Source of the DNA: Perkinsus olseni | Lineage: Eukaryota | Reading direction: 5' to 3' | Assembly: GCA_013115125.1 (NCBI GenBank) | Contig: JABANN010000190.1 | Location: 1-55,079, forward strand | Length of the DNA stretch: 55,079 nucleotides | Shown here: positions 47,235-55,079 of the stretch, piece after piece | How the letters are laid out: each line of letters opens with the position of its first letter | Position numbering within the stretch: position 1 is the stretch's first letter | The notes under the pieces: model-generated | Told to the model about the DNA's origin: nothing | Databases searched by the model: none | The model's input: the letters and a program-made list of their open reading frames with translations, nothing else | Program-made: the position numbers and the translations under genes

Positions 47235-49699
47235 TCACGGGCTGCCGAAGGTCTGCACATCGCCACCGTTGGCCAGTACTAATCCAGTGGCGTCATTGAG
47301 CCAAGCTAGAGCACTTCCTGCGGCGTCGAAATGGGCCACTTCCGAGAGGGAAGTTTTGCCATGAAAGTGGTAGACATCAGCACCCTTCGCTGATCCTGAG
47401 AACAAAGAACAGTCCTTCATCAACAGGCGCGCTGAAGCAGCTTTGGCTGCTTCTGTCCACCGGCCGACTTACCAGCAGCCAGGTAGTGTCCACTATGATC
47501 GAAGCTGATGTCTTCGACCGGACCGGCAGCCGTAAGCGTGGCGAAATCAGTAGCCTTACGGAGGTCCCAGAGCTTGATCTCGCCGTCCTTGGTACCTGCA
47601 ATCGGGAAGATCACAGGCGTCCGAACAGCAGGCACCGAGCTTATTACCGGTGGCCATATGATAACCATTCTCACTGAAAGCCAGGGCCGTGACGTTAGCA
47701 TGGGGCATCTTGGCACTGGTGACCTGCTCAGGAAATGAAGACACTCGAAGACTGGGCAGCCGCTACCACCTCAGCTTTCTGTTGAAGGCTGTAGACACTG
47801 ACGCAGCCAGTCTTGTTATTATAGTAGGCGAAGAGGCTCCCATCGGGATGCATGCCAAATGCTTCTCCCGTAGCACTGGTATTACCTGTAGGTGACACTG
47901 CTAGCAGCTAGTAGCCCTTCGAAGGAGACTTACTCATATCGATCATGTGGCTCAGCCCCTCTTCTCTGTCTAGCTTCAAAATGGCCCACTTGCCCGACTC
48001 AGTAGAGACAACAAGTGCCTCACCGGTGGGATGCCATTCCAGGTTATTCACAGGGGAGTCCACAGACACACTGTTACCCACGGCAACATGCTCGCACTGA
48101 GAAATTGAGGAGTCTACAGCGACCTCGGGCGAGCGCGGGATAGTCTACATCCCCTCAGCTGCCACTACCATTACCTCCCACTCGCCCTCTTTTGCTGATT
48201 TCCACACTCTCACGTTTCCATCAGCACCTCCAGTAGCGAACAACTCTTCATTCGGGTGGAGCTTCACAGCAGTGACGGCGGACTTATCAGTACTCTGAAC
48301 TCACAGAGTGACGATTAGAAGAAGCATTGAGAAAGAGTCTTACATGGGTAACGGTGCAAACAGTGGTCTTGGTAGCCCGATTGTAGAGAGTAGCACAGCC
48401 AGCTGAACCTGAATGATGACCTCTTGGCAGTAAGCAACCTCGGCATACAGGACAACACCGCGCGGTCTGAGCCGTGGAATCATGACCTAAGCTCCCCTAC
48501 TACCTCCAACCAGCATCCTATCATTGTCTTGGAAGTGTATGTCGATGGCGGTGACAGTAGCATTAGACGGAGCGTTCTTACGACGACGCTTGCCTGCTAG
48601 TGAACCAAATGAAGACGGAAGCGGAGCATGAATGATTACCACTAGGGGTGGCGGTGTCTGCCTGCGCGAGCTTCTCGGCAGTGCCCTGGACAGTGTAGGC
48701 CCTAACACTCGACATACGAATCATTGGCTAGACGAACGGCATTACTTTACAGCATCCTCCTTAGCCAGCTTAGGGTGCTTACGCTTCTTTCTGCCACTCA
48801 TGAGTTTCTCCGATACAGCGACTGCTTCCTGACATATCACACAGTAATGTGGATGGATAGCAGATCCCCGTAGCACCTGTATGAAACCATCGGCGACATC
48901 GGCAGCCTCATCTTGGGCTCCTCCCTCGGCAGAGACATCAGCCTCCATGCCAGTAGCAGCATAGGCCCGTGCTTTGGCGAGGTCAGTGCTCAACTGTCTC
49001 ACTCTGGATACAGCAACGTCCCTACAGCACGAGCATAACGGAACACTACCGGACAGCACAAGACTCTGCTTATAATGCAAAGGCTGGGTCTCTACGAGGG
49101 TCTGGTGCCGGCGATCCAGCACAGCATCACCCCGATACTAATGCTACCTTTCCTTAGCGAGCCTGCATATGACACGGCAGGCAGCCTCATGCTGATATAG
49201 AGTCTGAGAGAGCTGCGCCCTCGTAGTTGTCAGAGACTCCCTCAGTTTATACCTGCATAACCATAGCCCAACACGATTCGGGTATATTGTGGAGAAAGAA
49301 GCGCCCAAGCCGATGAGCCCTTCCCTTCACTACGTTTCCAGCATCAGATTATCCCATTCATTTTGAAAATCATGCAGCATAGACGATATGGACGAAGACG
49401 TGGCCGGGCGAGGTGTTACCACCGAGTTCGCTGAGAAGAAGGCAGGGCTAGTCATGGGAGCGGGCTTAGCCCGGTGCTACCGTGAATAGGATAAAGGTCG
49501 GTCTCCTTATCCAGGTCCTGGCCTGTTACTGGACACTTACCACCATTCTCCGTTAGGGCCTTCTCAATCAATCGACGGGAAAAGACGTATCCTGGAAGAG
49601 GGGGATGGAAGGCCTCCCTTCAGAGATTCTCCATTTACCTGTCTTGGACAACACCGGATCATCGGGGACTTCACCGGAGATAGCGCACACGATAGTCAT
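47235..49699 (-). CDS. PRP19: Pre-mRNA processing factor 19 (U-box, coiled coil, WD40)
   Basis: [21 protein letters not shown] / [17 protein letters not shown] / [28 protein letters not shown] / [20 protein letters not shown]40 exons [15 protein letters not shown] and IKLWDLRK; stop at 47235-47237. Confidence 0.95.
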
Positions 49700-51112
49700 T
49701 GTAGCTCGTCGATGAGAGAGTGAAGCCAAACTAAGAAAGAGGTCGCTAGCGGCGGTCCGGAGTTGCTCGAGTGAAGCTGTTGAGCAGCTTGGTGGCGCCA
49801 GGAGGGTGCGGCTATCACTGGGCACATGAATCGGTGTCACAACCGGCGGCCCTCCCTATCAAATGAGCCCTGGCCCCGTTGAGAATGCCGCCCCGGGCGA
49901 AGGTGCCCCTTTGCCTCCGCAGGCCTAGAAGGTGCACTCGAGCTCGATAGAGACAGTAAGGTTGTACGGATGTTGTACGGTTGGGTAAGCCGTTGTTGAC
50001 GAAACTAAGAAGCTCAATAACCTGTCCACGAAGGTGCTATCAAACAATCGTCTGGAGAGCCCATGACACTCAAGGAGCTCCACTCAGGTCCACACTGTCC
50101 AGGGATGAGCTCCTCTGATAAGTAGGACTGGATATATTTCCAACATTTACGGCTAGTCGATGGGCTTGCCCCATATTCCCAATAAACGCACGTCCACGCG
50201 AGTTCGATCCCGGCGCGGCGCATTTTATCACCCTATTATCGCTATCCCTGCAGGTGCACGACACGGCGCACAATGTTTCGAAACGGCTCAGCAATGGCGC
50301 GTAGAGGCTCGGACCTTTTCACGAGGCATTTTTACGTTACTGGGCTTCCTTGAAGGTGAGCAAGTACTCAGGGCTGACTGTGTTCACTCGCCTCCGCTTC
50401 GAATGTTTTGCCTGGCCTCGGGTGCCATCACCAACGCTGCTATTGGTGAGCCACCTGCGGTGTCTCCTGGCTCAAGATCGAGTCTTCCCAGTGCTAACTC
50501 AAGGGCGTCATTGACTATGGAGTTAACCATTAGGAAATGAGAGTGATACTAACTACGAATGGGATATCATCAAATAACTCATACTCATATTCCGATGATT
50601 CGGGAGTAATCCGCAGCTGCGGCACGCATATGCATAGCCCAGTCCGCTATGTTCCTGCGTGCAGCGGAGCGGTCGTCAGCATATTCATGAAAAGTAGGCT
50701 GGGCTTCAATAAGGATCCCTTCGTAGAGATAGTGCGGTGCGCAGCACCAACCGCACACCGCATTTTTGTCCGCATTAGCCACGTCTCTCAACAAGAAGGG
50801 CGCCGCCGGCTGTCGCGCCAATAATACACAATTGTCGTCTTCAAAAACTTCAGTTGCCCACATAGAGCACTGTCACTTTGAGATGCTGCAACTTCACGTG
50901 GCCTGAGGTCATGACCGACATTCCCTCCATTCTTTGTTGACTCTGTTTCGAAAGAAGATGAGATCCTGACTCAATTGACCGAGGCGCTAATATGCATTTC
51001 AACACCATACTGGCATGGCAATGTCGTGTTATGCCAATGGCATTGCAACTCGATTCTATGGTGGAATCGAGTGAAGTTGTTGAGGCAAATGAAGCAGGCC
51101 GAAGGTAAACTA

Positions 51113-51373
51113 CACCATTTCCAGACCTACTTAGTAAAACCCCAGAGCGATTTAATAAAGCCCAGACCTACTTAGTAAAACCCCAGAGCAATTTAATCGG
51201 CACGCGAGACGCATCCGGGTCGTCCCTCCTCCCGGCCCGGGGACTCCGGTCATGAGTGGCGGGAGATGGTAAATTGGTCTTTCATAAAATCAAATTGCTT
51301 TGGGGTTTTTCTAATTTGGTCCGGGCTTTATTGAGTTCCTCTGGGGTTTTACTTTGTAGGTCTGGAAATGGTG
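51113..51373. mobile_element. 261-bp MITE with TIR CACCATTTCCAGACCTAC, flanked by TA
   Basis: C-TA|CACCATTTCCAGACCTAC ... GTAGGTCTGGAAATGGTG|TA-G, with subterminal ~20-bp AGTAAAACCCCAGAGCAATT-type repeats. It is an internal-deletion relative of the element at 51667, in opposite orientation. Confidence 0.88.
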
Positions 51374-51533
51374 TAGTGTGGGGTTCTATTTGACTGGTAT
51401 TAGAAATCTCTAACTCTGAGTAGGTTGTGTGCTAGCATCAGGTTAGAGTTGAAAGCGTGCTTCTGCCAACTTGAGGATCACTAGGATACGCAGCTACCGA
51501 TGTATGACACGGAAACGGGGGCTTGAATGCATT

Positions 51534-53006
51534 CTCGAGCTATTATGGCATTCTTCCTCGAACCTGCCATGCTCGGTTATTAGACGCGAGAGTTGTGCTC
51601 CTCCCCCGGACGGGTCTGGGCGTTGGAGGCGATGGATCCTCTAGTCCCAGTATGGCCCCTCATCTACACCATTTCCAGACCTACTTAGTAAAACCCCAGA
51701 GCAATTTAGTGAAGCCCAGACCAAATTAGTAAAACCCCAAGGCAATTTAATAAAGCCCAGAGCAAACTAGTAAAACCCCAAAGCTATTTGATTTTATGAA
51801 AGACCAATTTAGTAGAGCCCAACAAAATCATTAACAAGTACAGAAAACTCACAACGTCAACCTACATGAAGTAGGCCCCCGTTATCCTACAGATCGCGGG
51901 TTAAAGCTTATTCGTTAAACATTCGAATTGGGGCTCCGACTGGCATGCCTTACACAGCTGAGCAACAAGGGTACAATGCTTGGGCGTGATTGAAGCAAAG
52001 TTGCAAATTGTATACAAAGTTGCATAGTAACCTCTTCAAGCCCTTTTTGAAGCAACTTCTCACAGTACGGCAGGAGGTACTCTGCCTTCGCTCCACCGCC
52101 TCTCCCGCCACTCATGGGGCGGAGTCCCCGGGCCGGGAGGAGAGACGATCCGGATGCGTCTCGCGTGCCGACAATTGCTTTAGGGTTTTACTAATTTGGC
52201 CTGGGTTTCATTAAATTGCTCTGGGGTTTTACTAATTTTCTCTGGGGTTTTACGAAGTAGGTCTGGAAATGGTGTAGCTGAGTACTAATCAATAATGGGA
52301 CGAGACACAGACAACATTTGTCTGTGATAACTGTTCCTGACTCACATGGGTTTCTGCTGCCTTTCAGCGCTTAACGTCCTCTCACCAACACCGCGATGAT
52401 TGCGCGAACAACGAGACACAATGCAGAAACTTTGACGCTGTGTGGGGACGGAGATCCTGCCAGAACTGTTGTATTCGATCATCAAATCACCCTGAACGCG
52501 ATAGTGTAGCCTCACGTGTCTTGGACCAAGATTTTGAAGACGCGGAGGACTTTGATCAGAGATCAGCACCTGGCACTCTCGCAGGCATCTAGGGGCAAGG
52601 TTATTCCTTGAACGTCGACTGTGACTGACTGATTCTATTTACTTACACAACTCGACTCGGGGCATGAAATGAGATTGTCCCGGGCGCCAAACGACCGGCG
52701 AAAACATATTGATGATAAGTTAATGAGATCGAGCTGAGCCACGGACGCTGTCAACGAAAGTTTAGCGAGAGGGTGAAGAAGATCCCAAAAGGAGGAGCAC
52801 TTCCGTTCTCGAGGCCGGAAATACGGTCGCGTCGAGCACGAACATCCTGAATCGAGCACGACAACGAGCTCTATGCTTCAGGACTTTTGAATCAGAAGCA
52901 TGCTCCGGCTGTGAGATTTTGTTCGGCCCCTTGAAACGGGACCATCATCGACTAGCTAGTTCTATCGTAGTTGAAGGTAACCAAGTCGCCGTCCTGCATA
53001 GCAAAC
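51534..53006. repeat. Local duplication, copy A (contains the MITE insertion)
   Basis: Colinear similarity to 54171-55079, e.g. CTCGAGCTATTA, GATCCTCTAGTCCCAGTATGGCCCCT, ACGAGACACAGACAACATTTGTCTGTG and TCAGAAGCATGCTCCGGCTGTGAGATTTT. Confidence 0.85.
51667..52274. mobile_element. 608-bp non-autonomous TIR element of the same family, TA target-site duplication
   Basis: Same 18-bp TIRs, C-TA|...|TA-G flanks and tandem subterminal repeats. An empty paralogous site is present at 54331-54350. Confidence 0.9.
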
Positions 53007-53311
53007 AATCCTCGGCAGAGATGATTTACGTAGATTCGAAAAAAGTTGTATTCCATACGGCTATGGTCATCAAGCTTGAAGTGCGAGGGTATTACCTTAT
53101 CGACAGTCAAGTACTCGGACACATGCTCGCGGTCTCCGCATTTAACACCCAGTGAGACGTCCTCGTGCGGATCATCACTCCAAGTGACTTGTGCACAGAT
53201 GAATGAGGGTTGTTGAGCGGTCACCTTAGAGAAGGCTCCGCTAGGAGGCGGGGGAGGACTGACCACCAAGGTCACAATAAGGAGACCACCAATGATATTA
53301 CGGGAGACCAT
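52892..53311 (-). pseudogene. Small secreted 4-Cys protein, member 6 (premature TAG at 52952-52954)
   Basis: MVSRNIIGGLLIVTLVVSPPPPPSG..ICAQV..LGVKCG..VNHLC..QDGDLVTFNYDRTS*SMMVPFQGAEQNLTAGACF*. The paralog at the window end has CAG (Gln) at this codon. Confidence 0.78.
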
Positions 53312-54170
53312 CGAACTAGTGACTGAACTAAGAAGGGAGATAACGGCCATAGGACGCCCGGTATAACTGCTGCCGCTACTGATTTCGATGCTATCTCTCG
53401 AGCAGCACGACATGGAATCGGGAGTCCGCCGGACCCGGTCCGGAAGCGATAGCAAATCGTCTTCGTAGCTATCATCGAGTGCATCATATATCTCGTACGC
53501 AATCATGTAAGCTAAGCTAACATATTTGCGTGCGAGAGAATGTTCAGAGTCGGGCAACGTAGGTTTTATGAGCCAGACAATAATTGCTCTCTCGAGGGAA
53601 AGTAAATCTTGCCTCTTGAAGCCATTGATCTCGGGATGTGCAGCTTTGGCCGCCCAGCCTAGATTCTATTCTGCGTACAATGGTACCGTTATTGATGTCA
53701 CTGTGGAGCTGTATGAGACGCAACACCCAAGAATGCATATGCGTGTACACCGCGTCGACGAATTCTTAGCGACTCGAGTTCATTCAGCATTTTACCGTCT
53801 CATCGTCTCGCTGAACATTTTTACATATTCCGCTGGAGATTCCCTCCAAGTCTGAAGCCTAAACTCGCGGTGGTTGATGCGAACTGCTAAATTTACCCTA
53901 TCAGCACGCTACAAATTCTTAGCAACTCACGGCTTAGCGCGCGTAGTAAAATCCTCCGCTCTAGCTGTGAAGTAGATTTCTCATTTCGGTGCATGGCTTC
54001 ATTCGACTAGTATCAGAAATGCTCTAGCTATGAGTAGGGTGTATGTCACATACAGTATGTGAGAATCCTGTGAGAGAAAGAAGTGAGTTTCTGAATGCTG
54101 ACTCGTGGATCCGTAGTGGATATGTGCAGCTCACTGACTTACGACGCGGGAATGTGTGCTTCAAGGCATG

Positions 54171-55079
54171 CTCGAGCTATTACGGCATTTCCGTCTGAAT
54201 CGGGAGTCGTTGGTAGATTGAAGTTTCCCTCGAACTTGCTGTGCTCGGTAACCTAACGGGAGTTGTGCTACTCTACTCGGCGGATTCAGGCGTTGGGGGC
54301 GATCGATCCTCTAGTCCCAGTATGGCCCCTTGTTTGGCGGAGTCGTGATCAATAATGGGGACGAGACACAGACAACATTTGTCTGTGTTAACTGTTCCTG
54401 ACTCACGGGCTTCTGCTGCCTTTCAGCGCTTAACGTCCATTCACCAACACCGCGATGATTGCGCAAACAACGAGACACAATGCAGAAAATTTGGGGGACG
54501 CTGGTGGGGACAGAGATCCTGCCAGGACGGTTGGACGAGCAACTGGGCCCTGTACCGCAGGCATCAATAGATTCCCTCCCGTTTCAGCCGCAGATATTGG
54601 CACGCTCTGCATGACAGTGTCACAGTGCGGTTGTGCCTGTGCTCAGTGTCACAGTGTGCTGGCTTCCAGCAAGGGCATGGATCGGAGGTCGACAAGGACT
54701 AACGGATTCAATTTACTCACACAGCTCGATTCGAAACATGAAATAAGATTGTCTCGGATGACAAACGACCGATGAAGTTCTATTGAATCAATAGTATTGA
54801 TGACAACTTGATGATTATGAGCTTCGCCAGGGACGCTGTCAACGAAATTTTAGCATGACGGTGAAAAAGATGCCGAAGAGGAAGTACTTCTGGTCCCAAT
54901 GCCGGGGTACAAAATACAATCCGTGGGGTAGTCTCTAAGTCGAGTACGACAATGGCTATATGCCTCAGAAGCATGCTCCGGCTGTGAGATTTTGCTCGGC
55001 CCCTTGAAACGGAACCATCATGGACTGGCTAGTTCTATCGTAGTTGAAGGTAGCCAAGTCGCCATCCTGCATAACCAAC
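54171..55079. repeat. Local duplication, copy B (no MITE; runs off the window edge)
   Basis: Colinear with copy A at 51534-53006. Confidence 0.85.
54965..55079 (-). CDS. Small secreted 4-Cys protein, member 7 (3' end only)
   Basis: LVMQDGDLATFNYDRTSQSMMVPFQGAEQNLTAGACF* is nearly identical to the C-terminus of member 6. Confidence 0.8.
   Translation of the reverse strand, partial: LVMQDGDLATFNYDRTSQSMMVPFQGAEQNLTAGACF

Noticed and set aside
50202-50226. GTTCGATCCCGGCGCGGCGCA-TTTT looks like a tRNA 3' end (B-box, acceptor strand, terminator)
   Set aside because: The T-stem does not pair and there is no matching 5' acceptor strand or D-arm upstream. At most a fragment.
50460-50476. CTGGCTCAAG resembling the 3' end of the dinozoan spliced leader (a similar partial match lies near 42105-42120 on the minus strand)
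   Set aside because: Only ~9-10 nt match, with no GT donor or Sm-site context; compatible with chance.
51121-51800. Regularly spaced short repeats resembling a CRISPR array
   Set aside because: The units are contiguous with no unique spacers, lie inside TIRs, there are no cas genes, and the context is eukaryotic.

Overview
Eukaryotic, gene-dense, intron-rich DNA with mostly ~45-70 nt GT-AG introns. It is most likely from an alveolate of the genus Perkinsus; this is inferred from gene structure and content, not from a database search. Positions 3.3-36.9 kb form a compact housekeeping block in two unidirectional runs. The minus-strand run holds an EF-hand membrane protein, an ERCC4 nuclease, a beta-alpha NAD(P) transhydrogenase, a TSEN34-like gene, SmD1 and a CBM20-TPS-TPP gene. 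The plus-strand run holds two hypotheticals, NOB1, a syntaxin, WW-Yip1, CUE-PUB-CAP and a TBC1D23-like gene. The transhydrogenase has a 2.13-kb intron containing three tRNA genes. Positions 37-55 kb are accessory: a dispersed array of at least 7 intronless, signal-peptide-bearing 4-Cys small protein genes (3 disrupted), with PRP19 embedded among them. This region also has a local duplication and two related TA-duplicating MITEs, and the empty site of one MITE is visible in the duplicate. Exon boundaries were read by eye, so gene ends are approximate where stated.
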